This document shows positions 38,745 to 51,890 of a stretch of 64,000 bases of DNA, one piece after another. A program made the translations under genes and the position numbers. The notes under the pieces were generated by a model. The model was given only the letters and a program-made list of their open reading frames with translations, searched no databases and was not told the origin of the DNA. The stretch is taken from assembly GCF_036321535.1 (NCBI RefSeq), contig NC_087450.1, positions 60,140,001-60,204,000 on the forward strand. The letters run 5' to 3'. The stretch is from Camelus dromedarius (Eukaryota). Positions within the stretch are counted from its first letter, which is position 1. The number at the start of each line of letters is the position of its first letter.

Positions 38745-39990
38745 GTTAATGTCCTTTCAAGATTGTGAATAGCAATTTTGAATAAAGCTGCTATAAAAAT
38801 TCACATGTAGGTTTTTATGTGAACGTAAGTTTTCAACTCATTTGCGTAAATACCAAGGAAGCACTACTGATGAATTATGTGGTATGAGATTGTCTGGTTT
38901 TGTTAAAAAAAAAAAAAAAACTGCCAAATTATCTTCAGAAGTGGCTGCAACATTTTGCATTCCCACCAGAAGTGAACGGGAGTTCCTGCTGCCCCAGGTC
39001 CTCACCAGCTTTGGTGCTGTCAGCGACTCAGGCTTCAGCCACTCTAATAGGAGTGCGGTGGCATCTCATCGCTTCCATTTGAATTTCCCTGATGTTGTCA
39101 GACGCGGAGCAGCTCTCCATGTGCTTCTCTGCCGTCTGTGCAGCTTCTTTGGGGAGGTGTCTGTTTGCGTCTTCTGCCCGTTTTCTAATTGAGATGTTCA
39201 TTTTGTCTTAAAGAAGGCTTTGGATATTTTGGACGAGAATTTTTATGTGTCTTTTTTCAAATACTGTACCCCAGTCTGTGGCTTGTCTTCTCATTCTCTT
39301 GACGTTGTCTTTGGCAGCGCAGAAGTTTTACATTTTAATCAGGTCCAGCTTGTTAATGATCCCTTCCATGGACTGTGACTTTGGTGTGGGGGCGAAGAAG
39401 CCATCGCTCTGCCTGAGGGCATCCGTGTTTACTCCTGTGTCATCCTCTAGGAATTTCACAGTTTGTGGTATATACGCAGGTTCATTCTGAGTTAATTTCT
39501 GTGGTGAGCGTAAGGTCTGTGTCTAGATTCATTTTTTTAAACGTGGATGTCCAGTTGTCCTAATAGCATTAGTTGAAAAGGCCAACTTTGCTCTGTTGAC
39601 TCACCTTTGCTCCTTTGTCAAGGATCAGCTGCCAGCGTGAATGTGGGCCGACCTCTGGGCCCTGCTGGCCAGTTTGCCCGCTCCTTCCTCTGGCCCCACC
39701 GCTGTGATTATTGCAGCTTTAGAGGAAGTCTTGAAGCTGGGTAGTGTCAGTCCTCCGACCGCCTTCTCCTTCAATATTGTGTGTGCTATTCTGGGTCTTC
39801 TGAATCTCCATATAAAACTTTAAAATCATTTTGTTGAGAGCCATAAAATCAGTAGCTACTATTTTTAATGGGACTGCATTAAATCTATAGATCAATTTGA
39901 GAAGAGGCGACATCTTTAGAATATTTATTCTCTCGATCCATCTATCTTTCCTGGTTCCTGACCTTAATGGGATGGCTTGGAGTTTCTCAC
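38745..39990 (-). mobile_element. L1MA/MB-like ORF2/3' fragment, GC-shifted
   Basis: 'ataaagctgctataaaaattcacatgtaggtttttatgtgaacgtaagttttcaactcatttg', 'ctccatataaaactttaaaatc', 'tctcaccattgagtatgatgttagctg'. Confidence 0.88.
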
Positions 39991-40650
39991 CATTGAGTAT
40001 GATGTTAGCTGCAGGTTTTTGTAGCTGTTAGAATTAAGTTGTCACCTCTTCTGTGGCTCCCTCTTATCAATCTTCTCCCTTCCCAGAAATGCATGTCAGT
40101 GTTTCTTCCCTCCCAGACCTTTCCCGAGAGCACAATCAGCTGGAGCTCTACCGGTCTTCCTGCATCACGACAATGACACTCCAACCTTCATCACGTGGAA
40201 TCGTCCATAATGAGGTCTGGTTGGCCTGCCTGTCGCTGGACTGATGAGTCCGGGGTCTGTTCTGAGCCCCACTGTGAAGAACGAGGCTGCATTCCGTTAA
40301 GCCCGCTCACAGTGCACGCACCCACGATGTGGATTTTTACAGATGGAAATCCACTGTGGATGAATGGAGCCTCTCTGCTTCCCAGAATATTTAGTTCATC
40401 CGGTCACCCCGTTTCCAGTCTACGGGGGGTGAACGGAAGGTTATCTTGTAGTTGAATCAAGTGCTTTATTTATGCAGCCGTCTGTTCCAGGAAGCGTGCC
40501 CGTGAACCTGGCAGCTTTGGCGCCTCTGCTGGCTTTATTCGGCTCTGGCTATTTGCTTTCCAAGTACCAGGAGCAGAGGCCTGGGCTACAGGAAAAAATA
40601 GAAAAGAATGGTGAGACGTGTTGTGCCTCCCTCTGTAATTGTTTGTTGGG

Positions 40651-40675
40651 GTGTGTGTGTGTGTGTGTGTGTGTG
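40651..40675. repeat. (GT)12 microsatellite
   Basis: Seen directly. Confidence 0.95.
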
Positions 40676-43600
40676 AGTTTACCAAGGAAAGGGAAATGGC
40701 GTCAAGTATTCATGGGCATCGAAGGAATTAGGGCACAGAGAGAACGGGTCTGTCTGAGCTGAGGCTCAGCTGAAGCGGCGAGTGACCGCCCACATGGATC
40801 CTCCAGCTCCGCCCGCTTCAACATGTGGGGACTCCGGGGGTCAGCGGCCCGGAACCCGGGTGGCACTGCCCAGACCTCCCTTCCTGAGCTCTCTCCCCTG
40901 GACTTTCTTACTTAAAAAAAAAAAATGAAGTGGAGGGAGTCAGTTTCTCTGAATGTGTTCTTGCTACGTTTTGCTTCCATTTTTCCCGTTCTGATGTTTC
41001 CAAGAGGGGGTCGCTTAGGTGTTGCCCAGGTTTACAAAGTCATTGTCTGCATGCCTCTCATTTCCAAACAGTGACATGGTGTCGCTGCTCTTCGTCTGTG
41101 TCTCTGTCTGTCTCTCCTCTCCCTCCTCCCTTCCCCTCCCCCTCTCACACTCACACGTGCGCAGTAATCTCTCTTAATCAAGTGGGTGTTTTTTCTTGAT
41201 ATGATTAACGAATGTAGCATGCTTTGAGTTTCATCCATTCCCAAACTCACTCAGCTCTTGGGGGCTCTGTGGCCCTAGAATTGGTTTGGTTAATAGCCCA
41301 GCAATTTTCTTGAATAGCTCTGTGAAAAACGCTCATAAAGGTCAAAAAAATTTTTTTTCCCCATTAACACTTCAAAAAACCCAGTTAATTGACTCAAAGT
41401 GCCTTGGGGAGGAGAATCTTTTCCCAATTATAACAAGCTCTGTTTTGAATAGAAATTTAAATGCATTTTTTTTTTTTTAATGTAGAAGCTTGAAGGTGGA
41501 GTAGGTCTCCTTGATTCTATGTTCCTCTCGCAAGGCTGAAGATACAAACACATCCAATGAGGTTCATAGGCACAGCCCAGAGCGGGGAGCGCCCGGGCAC
41601 CAGGGCTCCAGGAGATTAAACCAGGTCAGACGCTTGTGAGGGAGAGGGAGAGGGGAAGGTGAGAAAGATGGAGGTAAGGAGTAAGGGAGGCGGAGGGGAG
41701 AGGGAGGGAGGCAGAGGCCAGCCCACCATCTGTTCTCCAATCCTCTACCAGCATCTCTGCACACTATACCCAGCTTAACTGTAAACCAGCAACTGTGACA
41801 TAGGGATTGAAGACCCTTTAACTGGGTGCAGTGAGCAGGAAAGAAGGGGCCCTTGCATCACACCCTAAATCCTTCTGTCAGCGGGAGTGACCTGCAAACT
41901 CATCTGTGGCTTTATCTGCTTTTTTGCACACAATAAAGAGTATCCTACTTGAGACAGCAAAACACACTGATGAATCCTACCTAATAAGGCCAGCTACTTC
42001 AGGGAAAAAATTTTAAAAAAGCTCAACATTTAGCACATACTATTTCAGCAGGAGATTTTGCTTTCTCGTCTCATTTTTATGTTGAAAAGCAGGGAAAAGC
42101 CACACTGCACACGCCCCACCCCCATCCCTTTAATTCAGGGCCCTGTGTCTAGGGGTTGGTGGGGGATGGACTTGCCAGTGAGGTAATAGCAGCCTGTCAG
42201 GGTCGGGGAGCTGGGAGGCTGGCTGTTAACCCCACGAGTGCCGGAGGACGGGATGCAAACCAGAGGCATGGGTCCTTGTCAGCTTCCTTAGGTCAGCTAA
42301 AGGACCGAGAGGACTGTGGGAGAACTGACACGTTCCGTCCAGAATGATTTTTACATGTGAAATTAATGACATTTCTGTTTCTAAAACCAATATTTGATTA
42401 TTATGTAAGATTCAAGGAAAAAAAAAAACAGGAAAAACATGAGACAAAAAACCCCATAATTCCACCATCCATTGGCAGCTGTTAATTATGGTGGTTAATG
42501 TAATTATCATTAATTATATCTAATAATACAGATAATTTCCTGAGCACTGTGTTAGGTACTCCATGGAGCTAACTTACACTTCCTACAACTGCCCTAGAAT
42601 ACTTTATTATTTTCTTCGTTTGAACAATGGGGAAAACTTCTGTGTAGTCCTTTCAAGGTTCCTCTTTCTGTGGGCACTTAAGTGTATGTAGGTTAGGTTT
42701 ATGCGATCTGATAGCCTTATTTTCCCACGTGACATTGTGAAAAACTTCATGTTTCTATAAACCACATTTTAAAATTATATAACTGTGGAGGTATCACTGT
42801 ATATTTAGCCATTTCTCTATTTTTAGATAATTACGTATTTGCAAAGGTTTTCGCTCACACATAAAACAGCACTGTGGGTATCTCTCAGGCAAAAAGCGCA
42901 GAAGTTGCCCAGCCACTGAGCACCTTTAGGGCTCTTGATGCACATGCCGATTAGCTGTGGAGAAAGACTATGACAGGGCACCTCTGCTGGTGTCCAGTGA
43001 GGCCAAGGCCCAGGAGCAGCCTTACCAGCGCCGAACAAAGGCCTTTTGCTCAGAGGACGCTTGCGTGTCTAAGCTGATTTATTTTCTCCATTGTGCCCAG
43101 GGTGCAGGAAGCACCCGCAGCCAGCCAAAAGCATTGCGGCTGCATGGGTTACTGCTCTTAAGCAAGTTCTCTGCAAGTTGGTAAGTTCTTTCTGTAGTTT
43201 TACGTATTTTTAAGTGTTGTGTTTTTAAAAAATATCTGTGCCCTTGAAGGTGAAGAGTGATTGTGTTTTCTATTCCCCAAAAAGGAAACAGAGGTATGCG
43301 GAATGCTTATGTGATTACTCACTGTCTCACCCTGAATGTAGGCATGAGTGTTGAGGAGTTTGCAGCTTACCCACAAGCCTCAGCTTGCACACATTCCTCT
43401 GTGTGGCCGTTGTCTTATTTTCTGATGGGAAGAAATTTCATTAGTGGTCCATCTATGACAAGGAGAGTAACAACAGTACATCTAATAATACATCTCTCTT
43501 CCTTGATGAATGTTCCAAGTAGAAATGTTGATATTCTGGCAGGCCTGTGGTGATCTAGACACCATTGAAGATATGCTTGTATGTGCTGGTGAAGATTCTT

Positions 43601-43867
43601 GGGAAGCCATGGTGGGTCTGGGGAAGCCATGGTGGGTCTGGGGAAGCCATGGTGGGTCTGGGGAAGCCATGGTGGGTCTGGGGAAGCCTTGGTGGGTCTG
43701 GGGAAGCCATGGTGGGTCTGGGGAAGCCATGGTGGGTCTGGGGAAGCCATGGTGGGTCTGGGGAAGCCATGGTGGGTCTGGGGAAGCCATGGTGGGTCTG
43801 GGGAAGCCATGGTGGGTCTGGGGAAGCCATGGTGGATCCGGGGAAGCCATGGTGGGTCTGGGGAAGC
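43601..43867. repeat. Minisatellite: 13 full copies + partial of the 20-bp unit gggaagccatggtgggtctg
   Basis: Exact 20-bp register; variant units at 43681 (gggaagccttgg...) and 43821 (...ggtggatccg). Confidence 0.98.
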
Positions 43868-44454
43868 TAGGAAGGTTAGAAAGCTATCATGCATTTCCAT
43901 TTCTGTAGAGTAAGTCTTCAAAACTGAGCTAATTTGTGTTTTTTGTATATACATCCTCAGAAGGCAAAATATTTGTTAGTAAAAGTATCTTATTGCCATT
44001 GCTTTGTCTTGTTTTGGTTTCTGTTGCTCACAGAATAGCTGGATACTTTCTCTCTTTCTTGGGACCTGTTTGGGTTGTCCTGGACGGTTCTTCAGCACCA
44101 ACTCTGAATAATCTATTTTTATTAGAATTAATTTTTTTTAACCTGTTTTGAATGTTCTGGATTATTCTCCTACCTCCATTCTGATTATTTCATGTCTCTT
44201 GTGATAAGTTTAGTGGTAACAGCACTTGTTTGGGAATCTGTTTAAGTCTCTACTTAAGCAGTTCATTTTTCTTTTTCGGCTTTGATTTTCCAAGCTTGGT
44301 CAGTCATGTGAGTTGACTTTAAAAATACAGTTGCAAGACCCATTTCCAGAAAAATCTTATTAGTGAGTCTGGAGAGGATGCTTCAGTACGTGAATCAGTC
44401 AGATGAGTATCAAATTTAGGGAAGAGCAGACCAATGAGACTGCTGCATAAGATG

Positions 44455-44590
44455 TGGTGTGGGCTTCACCCGGGTATTAGAAATGCAGAATCTCAGGCCC
44501 CACCCTAGACCTACTGAACCGAATATGCACTTTAACAAGGTCCCAGGTGACTCCCAGTACATGCAATTTTCAGTCATAGGTCTAGATAAA
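44455..44590. mobile_element. MER5A-like hAT MITE
   Basis: 'tattagaaatgcagaatctcaggccccaccctagacctactgaacc...ttaacaaggtcccaggtga'. Confidence 0.85.
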
Positions 44591-44796
44591 CTCTAAAATC
44601 TCTTCTGTCTCAAAAGCACAGTGATTCCGAGTTTTCCTTCCATTTTCCAGTGCTATTTCCGGCTCTTTCTCTATTCTTCTTTTCCTGAGATGCTGAGGAA
44701 ATTTTTCCCTGTGTTGTGTAGAATAGATGTTCTGTTCAGTGAATTTCTAATATATTTGCAAAGGGCTTCCTATGTAGAAGAGAATCAGGACTCAGA

Positions 44797-44976
44797 NNNN
44801 NNNNNNNNNNNNNNNNNNNNNNNNNNNNNNNNNNNNNNNNNNNNNNNNNNNNNNNNNNNNNNNNNNNNNNNNNNNNNNNNNNNNNNNNNNNNNNNNNNNN
44901 NNNNNNNNNNNNNNNNNNNNNNNNNNNNNNNNNNNNNNNNNNNNNNNNNNNNNNNNNNNNNNNNNNNNNNNNNNNN
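44797..44976. other. Assembly gap (180 N)
   Basis: Run of N. Confidence 1.
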
Positions 44977-45454
44977 ATATGAATGGGTGGAAGGATGGAT
45001 AGATAAACAGACAGTGAAATTATGTTGCAAATTACATGGTACCAGACATGTTTATAACCTAGATCTCATCAAACTGATATTAAAAAATACTACAGATATA
45101 ATTTTTTTTTTCCTGGGCAGTGGCTGTCGGTTTATTTTCACCCTGAAAAACAGATTTCTTTCAAAAGATATTCTTGCTCAATGTGTGCAGTGTTGAAAAT
45201 GCTTCTGTTGTGCCCCATGGCTTTACATGATTTGTTTACAGAGAATATCTTGATGGGCTGGAAAGAGATAGAGGAATGTGCAAACCACTGCTGCGTTCTG
45301 TTGCACACACTCCTTCTCCATTAAAATATTGCTGGTGCAAAGGGCTGCTGCACACTCCTAGGGCTCCTGCCAAGACCAAGGCTTTCAGATGAGCTGTGAG
45401 GTGCTGAGGTTAAGAGGGAGAACATTCAACATGGACGAACAATGAAGAAGTTGC

Positions 45455-45658
45455 ACATTACTGTACATAAAATAGATAAACAACAAGGACCTACTGTATA
45501 GTATAGGGGACTATATTAAACTTCTTGTAATAACATGTAATGGAAAAGACTCTGAAAAGAAAATATATGTATGTGTGTGTATAACTGAATCACTTTGTTG
45601 TACACCTGAAACTAAAAGTGTAAATCAACTACAGTTCAATAAAATTAAAGAAAAAATT
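45455..45658 (+). mobile_element. Cetartiodactyl L1 3'UTR fragment
   Basis: 'atagataaacaacaaggacctactgtatag...tataactgaatcactttgttgtacacctgaaact...caataaaa'. Confidence 0.9.
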
Positions 45659-47214
45659 ACAAAGACGTTAAGCAACTTTACTCACCATCAGGCAACGTAG
45701 GAAGCACTAGGTTCAGTGTTTCTTGGACATTTATAATTTTGAAAATAAATCATTCAGATGATAAGACTACCTATTTTAGAACAGGTCATTGCTCAATGTC
45801 ACCAAAGACATCTAGCCATCGTTGAAGTGTGATTTCTTGACCATGCCCTCTGCCTAGGACTTTTCCTCACAGAAACTTCTCAAATTTGGCAAATCTAGCC
45901 AAATTGTATCCATCTTTCAGTGGTCATATAGAAAAATTAATTCACTTTCAAAAGACCCTATCTTATGCTGTGGGCAGGGAATATAGAAATAGATGATCCA
46001 TGGATTGGCATTTTTTTTTTTTTTAGAGCAGCTGAGTAGCTAAAGGCAAGTCAGATCAATATAGACAATTTCAATACAATTAAGAGGAATAATTAAATTC
46101 AGCACAGGGAGCTAGGTTAGCCCAGAAAAGGATACCTAGATCAGACTGGGAAGATATCAGCCAAGGATTCTTGGAAGAAGCGACACTGAGGGGGGCCCTA
46201 AAGAATGAGATATCTCCCACTTATCCTTGAAGGTGCAAGGAGGGTGGAATTCCTAGTGGAGAAATATCGAGGGGCCAGGCATGCCCAGTGTTGGAAACCC
46301 TGGAGGTTGGGAAAAACATGACAGCTGGGGGATAGTAAGCAGCTGTGACGTAACTGAAAGAAAACTGTCTGTGCTCTGGGCGCCAAGAGACAGGACGGAA
46401 AAGATTGGCAAAGCAACAGTTACTATAATGTGGTCTTGAGGTGTCCAGATTTACTCTTTGGGGAAAAAAAATCACAATAATTACCACCTGAACAAATAGA
46501 CAGACGTGACCTGACAGCTAAAGAATGGAAACAATTCAGAGACCCAAGGGCAATGAGGACCTCGACTGACAAAGAATGTTTTGATAGAAGGACTTGAATT
46601 TGAGTAGTTTCATGTCTGGGTACAGAAGATATTCAGGACCACATGTCAGAAAAGAGGATTTTCAAAAAGGACTGATCCTTGGAATTCTATGTAGGTGATA
46701 ATATCCTCTACTGAGAAAAAACATCCAAAAGAAGGAGTTTGCTTTGTTTTTAGTTTGATTTGCTTTTAGTGGATGTGGAGGGATCAGGGTACCACTTTGA
46801 GGTGGGGTGGAAGTGACATCAGTGTAAACCTCTTCTTCCCTAAGGAGCTTACCCTAACAATCTGCGCTAACACGCAATCTCCTTTTGCGCTCCTTTAGAA
46901 AATAGAGCACATATTACCCATTGAGAATCCGTTACTACTCTGAATTTTTGGTTCTGTTTTCATGTGTTGTCTTATCTTCTTAATTAAATTATCTCCTCAA
47001 GGGGGAGGCTCACGCCTTATTCTTGTTGGATCTTTCACAGAGCCTGAAGCATTGTGTTGCATGTAGAAAATATTGGTTGATGTTTGTTAATTGATTTGTT
47101 GGAATTTTTTTCACTGAACACATTTCCCAAGAAGGAGCCAAGCCCAGAGTTAGGAAGCCATCTGGCAAAAATTGCTTGAGAGAATGCTTCTTGGCTGTCA
47201 CATCTTAGAGGTCT

Positions 47215-47272
47215 TCTTAAAATAGTTAACATTTATTAAACATATTACCGTGTGCCAGGCATTGTGCTGAGA

Positions 47273-47326
<54 letters not shown>

Positions 47327-47470
47327 CTCATGTCATCTTCAAAACAATCTTGTGACATAAATACTATCAATACTCTTACTTAAAAATTGAGGAAAATGAG
47401 ATCCAGAGAGATCAACCCATTTTCTGAGGTCAGTAAGTTGCAGACATGACTCAATCTAGACTTCTGGGTC
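47215..47470 (-). mobile_element. MIR interrupted by (TA)24 at 47275-47322
   Basis: 'catttattaaacatattaccgtgtgccaggcattgtgctg' [TA run] 'aaattgaggaaaatgagatccagagag'. Confidence 0.75.
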
Positions 47471-48229
47471 TACCAACTTCAACGTCGATGCAATTTATCC
47501 ATAGATGGAAAGTACGTAACATGCTCTATGCCTTCTCTCTCCATCTCTTTCTCTATTGTCTAAAAAAAGGGATGTACTAAGACTAGTCTGATCCCTGGTT
47601 GCCTGTCCCGAGTCAGGGCCAGGATTAGAGCCCAAATTGGATCTTGTGACACAACACTTCCTACTCTGCTATGCTGGTTTCAAGACAAATCTATTGAACC
47701 AAACCTTCTGCTGGACATTATAGGTAATAGAAATAAATTTAAGGCCTGCTATTTGCCTGCAGAGGCCATACAAACTAGTTTGGGACACGTGACAGCAGAA
47801 CTTATAAAGTTAAACACTGAAGTGTAGCGCCCTGGTATGCAAGACCCTTACAGATGACATACTGTAGGAAGGACAGTTTGACATGGTGGATGTTTGTCCT
47901 TCAGGGAATAAAGGAAAGTAGTGATTCTTCAGATGTGCACAGCAAGGTCAGCTGACAGAATCCTCACAGAGCCAGTTTTAGCCACACATCACCTATTGGT
48001 AAGGGGTTGTTAATAGATATTCAGTAACTAATGCTGCCAGAAACGGCAGAGGCGAGCATACGAGTTGGTGCGAGTTACGCTGCTACTGCTGTTCAAGCTG
48101 AGGCTGGCTGACAGGACTGCTCAGACACAGGACGGAGTTGCAGGAGTGAGTGGTGGGGCAGGGGGAGGTTGGAAAGACTGGGCTGGATGACCTCTTCAGC
48201 ATTGTGTTCTTGATTCTTTCTAGGTACCT

Positions 48230-48500
48230 GATTTGTTGCTACAAAGCCCAGCCACCTAATTCACAGTTTTCCTCCAAAATGGTTATTACATGCATAAGCC
48301 TACTTCCTGTGCTCGGTAGATCTGGAAAACATCTCACATTTCAGTTGACACTGGATTTGACCCTCATGTGGATCTCAGGCTCTCAGTATTATGGTCAGGA
48401 CTACATGCCTATCTGTAAAGAGAAGTCACAGAATCTCTGTAGAACATACAGTTAGCCCTTTTGTATTCCAAGACATTTCCTCTTCCCACGGGAGAGAATT
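48230..48500 (-). mobile_element. Possible MLT1 fragment
   Basis: 'tattatggtcaggactacatgcctatctg' and the surrounding layout. Confidence 0.45.
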
Positions 48501-48934
48501 AGTTAGGGTTAGAATGCAACAACCTTGCTGCATCTCCTCAAAATATAAATTACAGTATGAACAACTAATTCAGATCCGTTAGAATACTTTGCTATTCTTA
48601 AAGCCTGCAAGAAGACAAATCTGCCTGAAAAACTTCCTAATCATTATAAAAAGTTCACAAAGGCTTTATTGGTAACTCGACCTTGGGTCATTGAAAGTCA
48701 AGCTGGGATGAAGCAAGAGTGAAGGGTCATTCTTGCCATTCCTGGAACCAACCAAAATTGCAGAGGTCAAGTGAAAGACAGGACTTTAAGATGTGTTTTA
48801 TAAGCTCTGTAGGCCAAAGAGAGTTGGATGTCCTGCTGGGTTCAGCTCCAACACAGGTGGGCCATGCTTGAGCTGGGGCGATAAGGCAATGGACAAAGGG
48901 CACAGGTGTCCTTACGAGGTCAAGCCCTGAAGTC

Positions 48935-49110
48935 AGATGGTTGGATCTGGGCTCCAACTCTGCTGCTTACTCGTGTGACTGTGGGCACGTTGTTTTGCTC
49001 CTCTTTCACTCCTATTGGAAGTAAAATATTGACTAGGCTGAAATAATCCTAAAATAGTTCCTAAATTTATTGTGAGGACTAAATGAAGACAGAGCCTTAA
49101 AAATAAGCGT
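48935..49110 (+). mobile_element. MIR
   Basis: 'gggctccaactctgctgcttactcgtgtgactgtgggcac...ttgtgaggactaaatgaagac'. Confidence 0.7.
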
Positions 49111-51485
49111 TCAGTCACGGTGAGCTTTTATTCTAACAGTCATTACAATGATTATTGCTGGCAGTAGAAGTAAGGGGAACATCACTAGAATTGGAGAGGA
49201 TGGAAAAAAAAGAGCAGTAAGAGGAGTCAGAGGGATTTCAAGGAGGGGGTGAGGGCATTTGGGTGAGAGTGGTTTTGCTCTAGGCTGGTGTCTCAACCAG
49301 ATTGTAAACTCTTGAGCTGATGCCTTTTGTGCTGGGCAGGACGCGTTTGCTCTCCACCCATCATCAAATGCAGAGGACGCAGGCAGTGCAGTGGCTGGTT
49401 GACAGACACGTCTAGCCCCGGCTGAAGCCAGGATCACTGTGCGCAGACCCCTGAAGTCGGTATGGTTGGACTGATTGCTCATCTTCCATGTGAAGCCCCC
49501 TTAGAGTAGAGCCTTGGTTTTCTAAACCCAGTCCCTGTTTGGATGAGAATTCACCGTCTGGCTGTGCTTGGCTTGGCTTCCAATTACAACCACGTCAGCC
49601 TGCATGACTCCCTTCAGCATGCTCCCAGCAAGCCCCGAGCTCCTGGAATTTGTTTAAGGCCCGTCTTTTGCAATATTAGAGAAGGGGCAGCCTTTTCACA
49701 GTTAGGGTACCGGGAGGGCTGCTGGTAGATGCAATGCTCCATCTCAAACCAGGACTCTGCAGGCGTCTTGCTCCTTCCAGAACTGAATGTAGGATGGTAC
49801 CTGAGCTAGCACAACATTGCCTATGTAGATTTTTTTAATCATTATTTTATCATTCTTTTCAATATCATTCAGGCACCCTAGGCCTGACGTCTGAGAGACA
49901 GCACATGCGAAGATATGACATGGTGAGCGTCGGGAGCCGGTGGTGGCTGTTGCTCCCACACCCTTGCAAACACACAGTCATGAACAGAAGTCCCCGACGT
50001 GCTCTCTCAGATGGGACCACGCTCTCCTTCAATTCCAGCCCTCTCTGTCCTCAGCTACAGACCGTAGGTCATAGCCACGCACCGAACTTCATTCACCTCG
50101 GATTGTTCAGCCTCTGTTACAGTACCTGACATGCAAGAAGCCCTGTAAGTAAAAGTTAAATGAAGAGAACAAGTTAAAACAGCATTAAAGGAAGACGGCT
50201 TGGGCAGACTACAGATTTTAAGGCCTCCATCTCAGAGGACCCGCAGTCATGTTGATGTTTTTATGCTCTCTTGGATATAAAAGTCACAGCTTGCTTTCCC
50301 TCTTAGTGGCCATGTACAAAGGCTCATTTATAATTAACAAGCAAAGTCCTTAATAAAGCAAACCAAATGTCATCTTCCCCTTTTCCTACAATACCAGGTC
50401 ATTTTTTTCTTCTGGATGAAAGCACTTTTGACCCATTAAAAAAAGTGGGATCCGTTGGGTGAATTCAGTGCAAAAAAAATACTATTTCTTGTTATATATG
50501 TTCAACTGTCTTTATCATTTTCGCCATGGTCTCAGGATACTAACCAAGCCTGAGTCAGCAGGACTTTGATGAAAGCTACATTGAACGTCTAGTTAACTGG
50601 GGTGATACATGGTGGAAAATGAAACTCTTTGTATGCCAAGAGACTTTCTTGGGGAAGCTTGGCTGTGTCCTCCATCCACCTGTGAGCCCAAGAAGAGGGA
50701 CATTCGTCACTGCTGTTCCAATGCCACATCTAATACCCAACCTCACCTGGTGCCTAAAGGATGTTTTCTGAATGTTGAAGGAGAATTTGGCCACCAGCTA
50801 CAAGGAGCCGTTCCTCAGGGCATTGCTTTTTGGGGTCACTTGGGGAGAGGGAGTCTGTCACTAGATGAGGCCTTCAGCTCTATTTACGATGTTGAATCTG
50901 TCCTTATTTGTACGTGATGGATGTCTGACTCTTCTGGGAAATGCCCTGGAAAGAGTTATTACTAGCTAATATTTTACAATCTGGTGCAATTTGATGTTCA
51001 AAAATATTCAAGTATACCTCTGCATTTTCTTAAAGGAAGATGGAAATAAAACCTTAATTATAAATCAAGGTTGAAAAAGCTTATTAATGTCCCTTGAAAT
51101 ATTTTGACATGCAACAATGTATCTATAAATTCTAAGGGTTTAGACTTCAATTTTAATAAGACTTTGTGTTCACAAAAAATAAGCAAATTTGTTTCTTCTT
51201 TTGAACTTATACTGGAAACAACCTAGACCCAAACAGCATTTTGCAGACTAAAAGGTGCCTCAAGCTTAAAAGGTCTTTGAATGTAATTCTTAATCTTGTA
51301 TGTGGTTATGAACTTTTTGAAATTAATGACGCTAGAATCCTCTGCACATTCGTCTCACAGCTTTTTATTTCATGTTAGGGTCTTCCTGGACCTTTTGAAT
51401 TAGTGATGTTTAGTGGGATGGAGAGTCAGAGTCCTGATGCTAGCCTTGTCACTGCTTGGCTGTGTGATCATAGACAAAGACTTCT

Positions 51486-51890
51486 CTTTTTTTTACTGAA
51501 GTGCAGTCAGTCACAATGTGTCAGTCTCTGGTGCACAGCACAGTGTCCCAGTCATGCATACACATACGTATATTCGTTTTCATACTTTTTCCATTAAAGG
51601 TTATTACAAGATATTGAACATAGATCCCTGTGCTGTACAAAATAAGCTTTTTTAAAAATCTATTTTTATATATAGTGGCTGACTTGTTTTGAATTAACTT
51701 TAAAAAAATTGAAATATAGTTGATTTACAACTATAGTTGTTTGTAGTTAGTTTCTGGTATACAGCATAATGATTCAGTTGTACATATATATTCTCTTTCA
51801 TTATCGGCTATTACAAGATACTGAATATAGTTCCCTGTGCTGTACAGTAGGACGTTGTTGTTTACCTGTTTGATATAACGTAGACTTTCT
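51486..51890 (-). mobile_element. Two tandem L1 3'UTR fragments of different ages (~51486-51686, ~51700-51890)
   Basis: Both carry 'ttattacaagata(t/c)tgaa..tag(a/t)tccctgtgctgtaca' and antisense A-tails. Confidence 0.88.

Noticed and set aside
43601-43867. CRISPR-like array
   Set aside because: Units are head-to-tail with no unique spacers, and the DNA is mammalian
43415-43954. Cluster of 91-179-aa ORFs on both strands
   Set aside because: Artefact of the stop-free 20-bp tandem unit
44621-45196. 191-aa ORF
   Set aside because: Open only because it crosses the 180-N gap
45273-45313. Hairpin TGTGCAA...TTGCACA as a pre-miRNA
   Set aside because: Stem of only ~7-10 bp, too short
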